This document shows positions 1-51,487 of a DNA stretch of 64,000 nt, in pieces (position 1 is the first letter of the stretch; each line of letters begins with the position of its first letter). Source of the stretch: Paraspadella gotoi (Eukaryota; Animalia; Chaetognatha); contig CM119266.1 of assembly GCA_051294375.1 (NCBI GenBank), positions 21,891,875 to 21,955,874 of the forward strand, in the 5' to 3' direction. The translations under genes and the position numbers were made by a program. The notes under the pieces were generated by a model. The model made no database searches, had not been told where the DNA came from, and saw only the letters and a list, made by a program, of their open reading frames with translations.

Positions 1-317
1 AAGGGTTGAACTGATGCAGTCATGCGGGTTGCGATAGTGAATGTTTCGCTACAGAAGTCTTCTCGTGTTAAAATAAACATTTTTTTGGAGTAAAACAAAT
101 CTGCGATATGAGACTACCGTTTACTCTGATGACTTTTTATTTTTCTATAAGAATAAGATTTAAGAAATACTTAAACAAAAAACAACAATATGCAAATAAG
201 GTTTATACATTTAATCTCATCGGAAATAATTTGCTTATTTTGTACGTACGTACGTACGTGGATTAATGGATCATGCGATGTAATTTTTAACAGAAACATT
301 TTTTAAACTCTTTACAG

Positions 318-419
318 GAATTCAAAGTGATGCCCGCCGAAGAAAGCGACGTCACCGCGGCCCTGTTCGAGATTCCTTCCGATTACAAGGAAGACCCGAA
401 TAGATTTCCCGACTTATGA
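318..419 (+). CDS. ANKRD13C: Last coding exon of an ankyrin repeat domain-containing protein 13C homolog (gene begins upstream of the window)
   Basis: After the acceptor tttacag the exon reads EFKVMPAEESDVTAALFEIPSDYKEDPNRFPDL*. This matches the characteristic ANKRD13C C-terminus (F-x-IP-x-DYKEDP-x-RFPDL). Confidence 0.85.
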   Translation, partial: EFKVMPAEESDVTAALFEIPSDYKEDPNRFPDL

Positions 420-1713
420 CCGGCCCTCGAGCTGCCAGAGAATTCGGTATTTTCGACGAGTACGAGTGAAATTTTTTAATTGAAGATACGTAATTTGAAA
501 TTTTTCTTCATTTAGAACTGTACGACAATGGCCAAAACCCGTTAAACATTTCGTCATCCCCAATGGGGAGGACGCAATCGCAAATGTCGACGTATAATAT
601 CGGAAAAACAAAATTGTTTGGCTTCAGACAGTGTTAGAAAGTATACCCGTTGGGACTTTTACATGCTTTTGGCAAAATGCGTGCTTTGTTTTTGTGTGAG
701 GTTTTGTGCGTGTGTCAGATTTAACAGCGTAGATATAAACTTTACCAGCGAGTTGAGAATGATCCGGGGTGAGTTCTTCGAATGGCTCTTGTTAAAGTTG
801 CATGTGTTATTTGTATCGTGCTTCTCCTCGTTCCAAATCTAGTCCCCAGTGAATTTATTCAATCCTTCTTCCCACAGTATTTTCCCCATGGGAAACTCCC
901 CCCTCCCCGAGTGCACAAGCTCGTGAAAAGTTATTCATTACACTCATGTACGCGAGATAAAATTCAAAGGATTAATTAAAAAAACAAACAAAAAACACCA
1001 CTACGTTAATCCGGAATATACATTTATTTTATAGATTCGATGCAATTTTACGTCTTTCCTGGGATGTTACCGTCGATAAAATTTTTGAGGATTTGTAATT
1101 TATGAAAGTTGGAAAGAGTGCGCCTGTTTTTTTAATAAAGTACGTACTATAAATTTCCACGTGAGTACGAACAAAGGAACTCCATATGAGCATCAATTCT
1201 CTAACAATGTGAGAAACGTTTTCACTTTTGAAAAAGGGCGTTTTTTCTGGCTTAATTTTTTTCACTTATTCCTTAAATGGATGTCTTGACTGACAAATTC
1301 ATTTTAATTTGGTTTATAGTCCATATAATTTTGCACTTTAAGCATGATGTGTAGCATCCCACTAAGACATCTCATTAAAATCGCATGGTAATTTTATTCA
1401 CAGTACCTATGACCTCTAAAGAATTATCAAAAATTCACTGTTCCGTTCAGAAAGAAGAACAATGCGTTGGCATTGTTTACGGTTTTATTGATATTATATT
1501 TGAATTTCTATTAACTACTTCTCTTTTTTTCGCTTCAGTTCATTCAATTAGCTTATATTTAAAGATTTTCATCTGTACAAAGTCAGCCAGAAAGCAAAGG
1601 AAAAAAATAAGTCCGTTGCAGTAATTTCGTATACATTGTATTCGTAAAATGAAAAGATACTGGTACAGGGTTTTTGTTTCTCAATGTTTCATCGACGTTT
1701 CCTATAAATCCTC

Positions 1714-3229
1714 TTAATCTTCACTGCTCCCACCCCCGCCGTCATTGACGTCGGTCGACGTCTCCCTCGCTCCCGCCAATTGGCGCATCTCTTCTCGCAT
1801 CTTTTTGTTCTCTTTCTCCAGCGCCTCGACCTTCTCTCGAAGGCGCGTCATCTCGTCTGAGAATCAAAAATTTGGAAAGTCAGTTTATTATCAACTAATC
1901 TTTAATTACTTCTTTTGGGGTCCTTACCGTTATTGATTTGGCTGCAACACTTGGATGGAGAGTGCGGAGGGTTGTATTCAAAGGTGGGACCGACGTTGGC
2001 GGCGGCAGGATAGAACCGCTGACCGGGCGGCCAGGTTCCGTCATCTGTCGACCAGGGGAAATAACTCGTGGTGATACGATTCTTAGTGTCAATAAGTATC
2101 ATTACACGTACTTACCTCTGTGTAATTTTTTCGTCATTTCCTCCAGTTTTGTCTCAAGCTCCATGTACTCCAATACGAGTTGGTTCTTTGACATGTTGTG
2201 CAAACTTTCTGCGTGTATGGTATCGTAGGTCTGAAACGGCAAGATCATTTCTATTGTCCCTTTTGTTATTAAGCTTCCAATGTAATTCGTCAGACTTCAT
2301 CTACAAAATCTTTGCGAACAACAAAAGAACATCGGGCCAACCTGTGAAAATTCTTCCTCCTCTTTGGCTAGGAACGCGGAATCCATATCTTCATCGTCGT
2401 CGAAATCGTACTCGGATGAATTTCCGACTTCCGAATTGCCGCCCTCCTCACCCGTCTTACATCCGGGATCTTCGCATAAGGGGTCGCTGCATCCGGGAGA
2501 TTGCCCTTGGTTTCCTCCGGGGGCGGAGCAATGGCGCTCCCGCGGAGCTGCGGAGGAAAACGTAATAATTATTTTACTTAAATAACTTAGATGCTAGGTT
2601 TGGTCGTTTATTTATCCCTTTTTTTACGCGAGCTGACTAACCCCTGTGTTTTCGGTTGACGATGAGCGCCGGACTAAGTTTCGGCTGTCCGCTCCAGTTG
2701 ATGTGATCTTCCATGAGGAACTGCGTCGTGTTGTAGGGAGCCACCGGATGTCCACTGGCAAACCTTTCTTCGCGTACTCGTAGAGCACGAGCCGTTTCCC
2801 GTTCCTGAGGATAAAGTTAAATATGATAGTATATAGTAATTAAGTATGTAATTATTATATAAAAAAGAGGACATCGAGGTACATTCCAAAACTAACCTCC
2901 AACGCGTGCCTTTCGGCCCAAGTCAGTTTGTCGTACGGCTTCCACTTGTGGTTGTGGTTAGCGTGAGCGTGCCGTTCCCTACCACCCCTTCGATGCCGCT
3001 GTCGGCGCCGCTTTCGCTTGCCATTGGCGCGCGCGGCGTTGTTTTTGACGCCGCCTTCGTTCTGCCCGGAAACGCACCTTTTTTCTTCCACTTTCGATGC
3101 GGGTTCGATGGCGTCGGAAGACGCCGGTGGCGCTTCGCCCTCTGACGGCGACGCTTGGGTTTGCTCTTCGACTTCTTCCCCCAACACTTCCTTCTCCACG
3201 ATCATCTTTTCTGTTGTCGTCGTCGTCAT
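1714..3229 (-). CDS. HEXIM: HEXIM (7SK-binding P-TEFb inhibitor), about 6 exons
   Basis: Spliced exons give a basic region KRKRRRQRHRR, then WKPYDKLTWAE, GHPVAPYNTTQFLMEDH (PYNT motif), an acidic stretch, TYDTIHAESLHNMSKNQLVLEYMELE and a C-terminal coiled coil ending GGGSSED*. Junctions are GT-AG with consistent phases where checked. Confidence 0.93.
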
Positions 3230-4403
3230 CCCGTTTTTGGTATTTTATTATTTTTTTCTTTTTTCGCACACTTAAATTAAGTCTTAATATCGAAGTCTTG
3301 ACTTGCCCGAAATCTTTAGATCAGAGAAAATCGACGCGGAATTCTTTTTTTCTTTTCTCTTTTTTCCGGACTAACTCGAACCCGGGGACGAAAGGAGAAA
3401 ATTAAGCGCTCAAAGCGCCACGTCACCCGGTCGGAAAATTCCGGTTTGGATTGGACTTTTCGTGTGAAACGATTCGACCAACCAAGAGGGAGCTGTGCTC
3501 CCAACACGTCGCGACGTCAGCGAGCGTAGACTCAAGCCAGTCGACTCAGTAGTTATATATAGGCGAGAAATATGTACGTATTTTGGCGAAAATAGGAGGA
3601 AATATAGTTATTTTTCGGTCGATATTTGTCGCGAATTGAATGTAGTTCACAAAGAAAAAATCTCTCGGTCTTGAGAATTTCCGTATGTATGATATATTGT
3701 TGATTAGTTTTCTAAGATTTGTTCGACCCTTTCCTGACTGACATCAGAAGAGAACAAAACAAGCTAGCCTGATGTTGAAACCGTTTTCCCAATTGGAAGG
3801 GGAAGAGGCGAAATCCTCATCCCCTTCAGAGCTTGAGGCTTTTGCACAGAAGAGTCGCTCTCTTGCTCTAAAAAAAGTGGGGAAGACAAGAGAACAAGGT
3901 AGGCGGCGCTTACTATCCATAGCGCCAGGGATACTGAAACAAAAAACATATCCCCCTGAAAACTTCTATTACCGCGGCCCATGGTCTTCAGACCAGCTTT
4001 CTGAAATAATACAAATAACAAACAAATTACAAATTTTTCTAATTCAATTTTAATTTCGTGTTCCTTTTCGTAATAACTAATATATATTTCGTAGTCGCTC
4101 TTAAAATGTTACTGCAAACAAAATACAAAATATTTTTACAGAATACCCGATTTGACACGTCAACTTTTTTTCCCTATCAGCTGATTGTAATTAGTATTCA
4201 ATATCGTATTAAAAATATAAATAAAAGAGAATTGTATTTGTGAAAACGTTATTGAAAGTCCAGTGATGAGGAAACCAAAATAATTTTAGACTCCGCTACT
4301 CGGTAAATTAAAAGACGTTAAAAATCCTCATATATAACGCATGATGAAAGTTGCCGCAAAAAGTCGCGTTCATATTTTTTTAATAATGTTGAACCTTGTT
4401 TCA

Positions 4404-7248
4404 TCAAGCGATGCATCTTTTGAAGGCGGCGTCGGAAAGCGGGCGCCACTTCGACCTCAGCAGCGTCTCGATGCCACGCCGTAGGGAGGCGGCGCTGCGG
4501 GCGTTTTCGCGAAAAAATCTGTGCTCCGTCGACGAGAGACTGCGGTCGTGTACGGGCGAGAAAGAGTTTCGGAAGAGGATTCCCCTCTGGCGAACGTGAA
4601 AGTTCTGGGGAATAGAAAACAAAAAAGCTAATGCGATAAAATTAAGTGGCCTCATACTTTATTCAATAATTTTTTTAATTACTTTGTATTACCTTGAGTT
4701 TAGGATACTTCTGTAAAAGGTACAATATGGACGAGGAATAAATGAGATCCCTGACGGCGACGGTTTCGAGTCGTGGGCAGGAGGCTATTAACGCCTCCAA
4801 CGCTTGATGAGCGCGATCCGCCGATGACTTGTTCGAGTGGGCGCAGGGCAGGTGGAGATGCGCGTAACACGTCAACGACGTCTTGTAGCATTCCAAAATG
4901 GGTCTAATTGATTCTTTAATAAATTAAAATATATGCTATTCCAAAAGATGGTCTTTTTGAATATAGAAATTTTTTTTTATCGAGTACCCGTTGTGAATTC
5001 GGAGTAAGGAAAATTGTGAACGACTTCTGTCACAGGTGCGTGAGAGATAATCGGAAAATCTCCTCTAAAATTTCCCTAGTGAAGTGAAGAACTGGATATA
5101 TCTTCCAGAATACTTAATACATAACACCTAATCTCCTCTCGACACTTACTCTGCCCCGCAGTCCGAGGACGAGACCGGGCTTCCTCTCCCTCACTCTGTT
5201 CCACTGCCTTCGATCGAAGGCCGGAAGTAGCAGACAAGAAAACTCGTCGAAGACGACGTGGAGTCGACGCAGCCCCGCCGCCGACGGAAGCCGCTCCACC
5301 AACTCCTCCGTCAGTTGGAGCGGAGAGATGAGGAGACACTGGAGGTACAGTGGACGAGGGGAAACTTCATGTATAAAAAGTAACAAGTTAATACTTATTT
5401 CTAGATTAAGGATTTTTATCCAAAAGTACTAAAAATGACTACCTCGAGTTTTGAAAATTTTTCGAGGTCGATCGTCGTCGTCGCTTCTTTCGTCAGATTG
5501 AACGCCTCGATGCTGCGGAGTCCCGGACAATCGGCGAGCGAATTCAAAACTCCAGCTCCCTCCTCCTCGTCGAGGAAGAGGTTTTCCAAGTTGACCCTCT
5601 TAAGACTGGCGAATCTCGTCAAGCACGTCGTCAACGATTCCAAGATCACCCCGCCCGTACCCAAGATCTGAGGAGAAAGTTAAAGGTGAAAAAAACAAAA
5701 CAAACTAAACAAATAAATTATACTGGCAAAAAAATAGGTGGTATTGTTGAATAGGCAATTCAATTGTTTAGACAAACCTGCGTTCCTTCGTAACAAGTCT
5801 CCATCGTTGTGAAGGCGAAGCGAAAGACAAACTCCCTCAGCCTCGAGAGTTCGAGTCCGTCGTTGATGTCGACTTCCGCGAGATTTGTCGTCGTCGTCTT
5901 CGGTGATTCCAAAACGCGAAGGAGATCCACGACTTTTCGGTAATCGGCTATCGGGAGAATTTCCAAACTGTTCAGGTACCGTCCTAAAATTAGGAAAATA
6001 GTTAAAAAAAAATCATTTTCCAATGTGGTAGTAGTTAGCCTCACCTACGAAATTGAGAGCTTCAGTGAAGAGTTTAGGAGAGTCGACCTTTTCTTGATGA
6101 ACGTGAGTTTTCTGATATCGGCCGTTGCCGTGAGAGGTTCTTCGAAAGCGCATCTAACGTTTTAGAAATTGAATATATGGGATAAAGTCATAAACATGCT
6201 TATGTCGTCTCGTTTTGTTGTCCGTCGTGAGCCTCGACTCGAGCAGAATAAATCATCTCATCTCTACCGCGCATCTCGGGTTCAATCCCCGGGTAATCCC
6301 TGTTCTCCCTTGAATGTGACCGGTACGCGGTACCGGTTTTAATATGCAGTGACAAGAGGCGGCCACTTGAAGCCTGCAGCCCCTGTGCCCGCCCCCTTGG
6401 TACACAGGCTATCTCTTTGTTGCCATAACTTAGTCGGCCGCAAATGCCTTTTGATTTTCATCATTATTTACGCATAATTGGCGAAACATTTTTATTGCCT
6501 TCCCAATCATTGTAAGTGTCTTGAATATAATGAACATATATTAAACATATATTAGAAGCGTCGATAACTATAAAACTTATAATACTTTTAAAATTTTACT
6601 TATAATACTTATAATCATCGCCACTGTCAGTGGCACTGCTTGGATAATTTTATCTTTTACAATTCATCCTTTTAACATTCAATCGTCAACCACCTTCTTG
6701 CACAAAAACGATTCGGCGCGGACTTCCATTTTCCTCCAGACACTCGGAGCATCGAAAGCGTCGGCCCAGCGCCGACAGACGAGGGCCGCCGAGTAGCGAT
6801 CCTTTTGAGGGAGAAAGGAAAAAACTTCTTCCAAAACGATCGCGGGCAGCATCGACCAGCCGCTGGGGGGCGTGTCGTCGTCGTCGGGGCTGAAGTCATC
6901 ATCGTCGTCATCCTCGACAATGACGTAATCGTAGAAAGGCAGCTTGGAGAATGAGGGCAAAATAAACATTTGGAAGTTTTGATGATTTTTAATCTTGCAC
7001 AAAAAAAAAAAAAAAAAAATCAGGCACGAAATATAACTTTAATTAACTTTATTTGTCCAGTTTCAACTGAGTTGGGTTAAAAAAAAAACTCGTGATTCGT
7101 GGTTCATTCACGCAAAGCGTCGGAGAAACAAAGCCTTATACCCTTCCTGGGCCCCGTTTTCTTTATTCATCTTCACGAAGAAATAGTGCAAAAAAAAAAA
7201 AGTGTATAATCATATAATATTTTTTTTTGTTAGTGGGCTCACCTGCAT
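4404..7248 (-). CDS. F-box protein with a degenerate LRR-like C-terminal region (FBXO39/FBXL-like), multi-exon
   Basis: Micro first exon ATG CAG|gtgag at 7248. F-box WSMLPAIVLEEVFSFLPQKDRYSAALVCRRWADAF (about 6730-6880). LRR-like exons (LKRVNLENL, CPGLRSIEA, CPRLETVAV) and a last exon ending KWRPLSDAAFKRCIA*. Confidence 0.82.
6200..6430. repeat. Possible SINE-like intronic insertion
   Basis: GC-richer non-coding island in an AT-rich intron, with a Pol III B-box-like gggttcaatcccc at about 6279-6291. No second copy seen in the window. Confidence 0.3.
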
Positions 7249-7868
7249 TGGTTACGTGGAATGACAAACGATGGCAAAATTTGAGAAATATCACAGACTA
7301 GTAGTTGTTTGTATAATTTGGCGATGTGAGCAGGAGATTTAAATGTTAAACAAACTCGTGAAAAGGATGAAACAAAGTAAAGTTATGACGTTTTTCGTCG
7401 TTGAAAGCTTATATAGCGGATCAAAAAGCGACGCGTGGGCAATCACATGATGTCGAGGATGAGAAAGAATCGTGAATCATGTGCGATGATCCATTTCGCC
7501 CATTGAATAGGTCAGTTACGTATAAAGATTATTACGCCATTTAATCGAGCGACAGCGGTTTTTCAGTAAAAAGGTTACTGTTAGTGTTAAAAAGGAAATT
7601 TTAGAGTATTGACTGTGGACTATTATTACGAAAGGCTGTTTCAAAGTATTTATTCCTCTGCTATTTTAAACAGCGAAAAATAAATTACGTCGAAGGCTTG
7701 ATATTTTGTTTTTTAGGGACATCCTGACAAAACCCACCAGGGTACGCCGAAGTAAAGAAAACATAAGGCCGTTCGAAAGTTATACATTAAATATTATTTA
7801 AAAAATTTTACTGAGGTGTTACTGTTTCTTAAAAGTTTAGGGAAAATGACAAATAAATTGGGTACGGT

Positions 7869-8704
7869 ACCTAGAATGTCGTAAACCTGTACATGGAATA
7901 ACTTTTCAATTTATAAATTATAGGATAAATGGTTTTAACTTTGTCCCGATGCCGAGATTTGAAGCAATCTTTCAAATAAAAAATATTGAGAAAAAATTGT
8001 CATGGTTACTTTTTTTATTAGCGTTCAAAAAAGGGGATTTTTAAAAAATTTTGAGCCACTGGCAAATATTTTTTTAATTTTGAGCAAATAAATTTTAAAA
8101 GTTCGTAGAATGTTTTAAAAATAACATTTTTTAGTATTATTTAAAAAATAATAACAATATTTAGAATACATCTAAATTTAGCTATGATGTTACTTTTTAA
8201 AGCGTTAGATAATGTAATTGATTAAAAAAAAAAAAAATTAATAAGCAAATGAATTTTAAAAATGTAACGAAATTTTTTTTTTAAATGACTGAAAATCATG
8301 TGTATTGCAGAACTACTCAAGGACCAACTATTACTAAATTTTAAAGGATAATATTCACTAATAAGGAAGTTATGCATCATTAAAATACTGACCTATCAAA
8401 TTTAAAAGCACTGATAAAAATATCAAAAAATTTAGGATAGTAAAAATATTTCTACAGAAATTTACAAACCCTCGTGAGTACCAGTTAGCCAACTTTTAGG
8501 GAAAAAATTTCAAAAAAACTCAAGCTTTGCGAGTTTTAAAATTTTTTGTTACTTAATTTTTAAATGGTTTAGTATTTTGTTATTTGAAAAAATTGCTTCA
8601 TTGGGCACAAGCCAGGCATCTAGACAACTTCATATAAAAACCTAAAACCATTTATCCTATAAATGGGAAAGTCATTCCATGAACAGAACCACGACATTCT
8701 AGGT
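7869..8704. mobile_element. Non-autonomous DNA transposon (MITE-like) with ~65-bp imperfect terminal inverted repeats
   Basis: Left end acctagaatgtcgt..catggaataactttt..tataggataaatggtttta is the reverse complement of right end taaaaccatttatcctata..aaagtcattccatg..acgacattctaggt. The interior is AT-rich with no ORF, and no clear TSD is visible. Confidence 0.75.
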
Positions 8705-9161
8705 TTGCGCTACTATACTTTAAAAAAAAAATATGAAAACTATTAATATCGGCTTATATAAAACTATAACTAAACATTAATAAAATTTTTATCTTATTGA
8801 TAGCAACGATATGATAATTACTGCTATAGGCAGTTGTTACCGAAAGTTAACTCATGAGTGCAAGATACCCGATGCTTAGTTACTTTCGCTGTGTTTATTT
8901 AACGTTTATAATTTAACTTGCGTCAAAGCAAAAGGAATCTTTCTTCTCTTGAAACACCGAAAGCGTTTTAATAAGATCCTTCAAATACTTAGAGATTAAA
9001 CTTACCCTCAGCTGCCGAATCACATCCTCTTCCTCATCCAACCTTCTCCCCCGTCGTCGGAACCTCGGCATTCGTCATCGTCGCTCTCATCGTCGTCGCC
9101 ATTTTCATCATCGCTTCTGTAACTCTTGTCTCACACCCTCTCTCTCTCTCATCCTTCGAGA

Positions 9162-9196
<35 letters not shown>

Positions 9197-9940
9197 CCGA
9201 CTCACACCCTCCCTTAAGCTTTGCGCCAAAGTCGCTTCAGACGCTGCATCCGTCCTCGTCTTCACTTTTGGCTCTAAGATTTTTTTCTTCAATTTTGCAT
9301 TTAATTTTTATTTCAAACTTTTTTTTTCGTCTATGTGCATCCTACTACAATTACTTATTTGAAATGTGCTTTAGAGAAAAGTCATTTTTATTTTCATTTT
9401 TCCTTTGTCGGATTTTTCGCCGAGACAAAAAATGGAATATATATTTAGGAAACTCGACTGATGAACGCTCCTATGGACTCCTATAAAAGCGCTCTTATTA
9501 AAGGATTTTATAATAAACTTCAAGATCAAAATTGAGACCTAACTTCTCCCAATTTCCTGATCCCGCAACCCCTCCTCTCAAATCCTCACTTTTTGCCCTC
9601 GCCCTCTTACTCTTTTCATCCTCCTCCTCTTCCTCTTCTTTCTCCGCTTCAATTTTTCTCACATGTATATTACTTCCCCTTGACTTCCAAGAAGCTGATT
9701 TAGAAAGGTTACATTACGCATTCTCTCTCTCTCTCTCCCTCTCTCTCCCCCTCCCTCCCCCTCCCCCTCTTCCCTCCACCGTTCCTACGACTCCCTTCCT
9801 CTTACTCCATCTTTTACAGACTATTAACTCTAAGTTATATTAAAATTACAGCTGCTTAGTTTTGTCGTCATTGTTTTTTCTCAACTCGAACATCAGATCT
9901 TCAACCTAACCTTTTGACTTTCCTGGCGAGACTCACCTCT

Positions 9941-10018
<78 letters not shown>

Positions 10019-10570
10019 CCCCCTCCTCCTGGTTTTGACTTTTCTGTCGAATTCAATTTTCATTTCTCTACGATATTTCTTTCGTCTCTTTGTCGTTTCT
10101 CGATCTTTTTGTTCCATTTTTTTTCCGTCCTGATCGATTCCATCTTTAAATTTAAATTATTTCTCTTTTTTTTTTTTTGGAGCATTCGATTCGCTTGTTT
10201 TTAATATGATAATAATATAATGTTATAAAAGTACCATGTCTCAATAATATAAAGGTGGGACGGAAAAAGAGGTGGAGAGATAAAGCTATTCTGTTTTCCA
10301 GAAAATGATTAGCGTCAGTATTAAAGTTCCAAACATGACACCGCGGACAAATTGCGCGAAACTGATGAGAAACTACAATTGAAAAAAAAATATATATATA
10401 TATATTTTTCGACATTTTTTGCGTACGGACTTTTTAAAAAGTACAGCATAAATATTCGACAAAAGAGCATCGACGGTCGGCGACCGCGTTCCTCCTTCGC
10501 TGGATCTAGGAATTAATTAGACAAGTTTTAAAAATAAAAAACAAACACAAATACTAACTTAAACTTAATA

Positions 10571-49480
<38,910 letters not shown>

Positions 49481-50576
49481 GTTGGACAATAGCAAGCTTC
49501 TAAATATCACTAACTCTCTCTTTTTCTAGACATCGGTGAGAAACGTCTTGACACGAGCACCTCGAGTGACGTTGAATCTCGTGACGAGATTCACGTCACA
49601 AATGACGTCACCAACGACGTCACGTTCCAATTCGCGGAAAGCGGAACATCTTTATTTATATAACGTGAAACAATCCTCAACCGGCTCCGGACATTTTTTC
49701 AAACATTTTCTCTCGCGTCATTTTATATAAATATATATTTCTGTATTTTACGCTTTTTTATTTTTAAGTATACATTTAAATGTTTCTTCGATAGCAAAAC
49801 TTATACCATCGAGGCCTTATTTACTTTGTTACGTCACGATGAGCGTAGGAAGCTGCGCAATTGCCTTCCTTTTCTTTTCTCTTCCATCTACGTCACTATC
49901 TAAACGTTGACTATGTTCAATTTCATTTGCTCAGTAATTTTCCACTCTTTTTAATAAAAAAAAATTATTATGTTTTTTTTTTCTTTTTTCGTCGCTTCAC
50001 ATAATCGCTTAAACTGATTACATTCTTACTGACATTTTTCTGTATTTATGACATTCAATATTTGAGGCATGTTTTTATTTCAACCTCTCAACTGCATGAC
50101 TGCTAAATGCTTTTCTCAAAATTGTCGTTAGTCGACTAAAATTTGTTTATCCATTAAAAAAAAACGTTAACTCTCGAGACACTTGTATTGACTTTAATCA
50201 TAAGAGGCAGTCAGCAAAAGTATTATAGATATCTAGGATATTCCTATCTGTTTTTACGAATTAATAAAAAAAAAAAAACTAGTTCAGTTATAATATCCAC
50301 GATATTGACGTGCAATGTGGTGCATCGGGTAAAACAAAAGGCTCGTACTAGTTCTGCCCTCTGACGTGAGAAGAAAAAATCTGAACATCGCTCACAATTC
50401 CTAAGTGCCATCCTATATATTCAAAATACAAAGAAAATGTCAATAAATTTAACGTAGTTTTAACTTATCTGTTCTCCCGCTCATACTTTAAATTTTTGTT
50501 ATTATCTCATTCTTTTCTTTTCATTCTCTTTTCTCATATTAATTCCTCTCTTCCCATTTCAGTCCCATCTCCAACT

Positions 50577-51182
50577 TCACTCCCTCTCTTCCTCCTCCTC
50601 CTCCTCCTCCGTTCTTCCCTCCCTCTTGACGGCGGATTCGTAAGGCGGCGGTTCGTCTCCTTCCTCTTTATTTTCTTCCTTCTTCTTCTTCCTCTCGAGG
50701 CGACGTCGTCTTCTCTCGTACTCTTCGTCGTCGTCGTCGTCGTCGACGACGCGTTTCTTCTTCGTGTCGTCGCCTTCGTCGTCGTCCCGGCGTCTTCGGC
50801 GACGGCGCCGGTCTTCGTCATCGTCGTCGCGATCCTCACGCCGGCGTCGTCTATCGTCGTCCTCGTCGTCGGGACGGCGTCGTCGGCGTCTATCGTCGTC
50901 GTCGTCGCGTCCTCGGCCGCGTTTGTCGTGGTCGTCGCGTTCGCCCCTGGGCGGACCCCCACGGCCAGGTCCGGTCCGCCCGCCGCGACCCGGGCCTCCT
51001 GGGCCACGCGGTCCACGATTGGCGTCTTGCATGGACAACGACTCCTTGTAGGGGACGCTGAATCCGACTTCGGCCTTTTGCGACATTTTGGTGTAGAAGT
51101 AAATACCCACGAAGCCTGAGGGCGAATGAGAAAAGGGTAAAGCATAAATTGGGATTCTTATCCCGAGCGCGCGACACCTCCC

Positions 51183-51263
<81 letters not shown>

Positions 51264-51435
51264 ACACTTAACAAAAACCCAATGTTGTAAACGGTTGAGA
51301 GAGAAACGAGGACAAGCATTACTAATTAGTAATGCGGACGATTAGAAACGAGGACAAGCATTACTAATTAGTAATTAGTAATGCTTGTCCTCGTTTCTCT
51401 CTCAACCGTTTACAACATTGGGTTTTGTTAAGTGT

Positions 51436-51487
<52 letters not shown>

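Noticed and set aside
3764-4053. Short ORFs between HEXIM and the F-box gene
   Set aside because: No recognisable motif or clear splice structure, so not supportable as coding.
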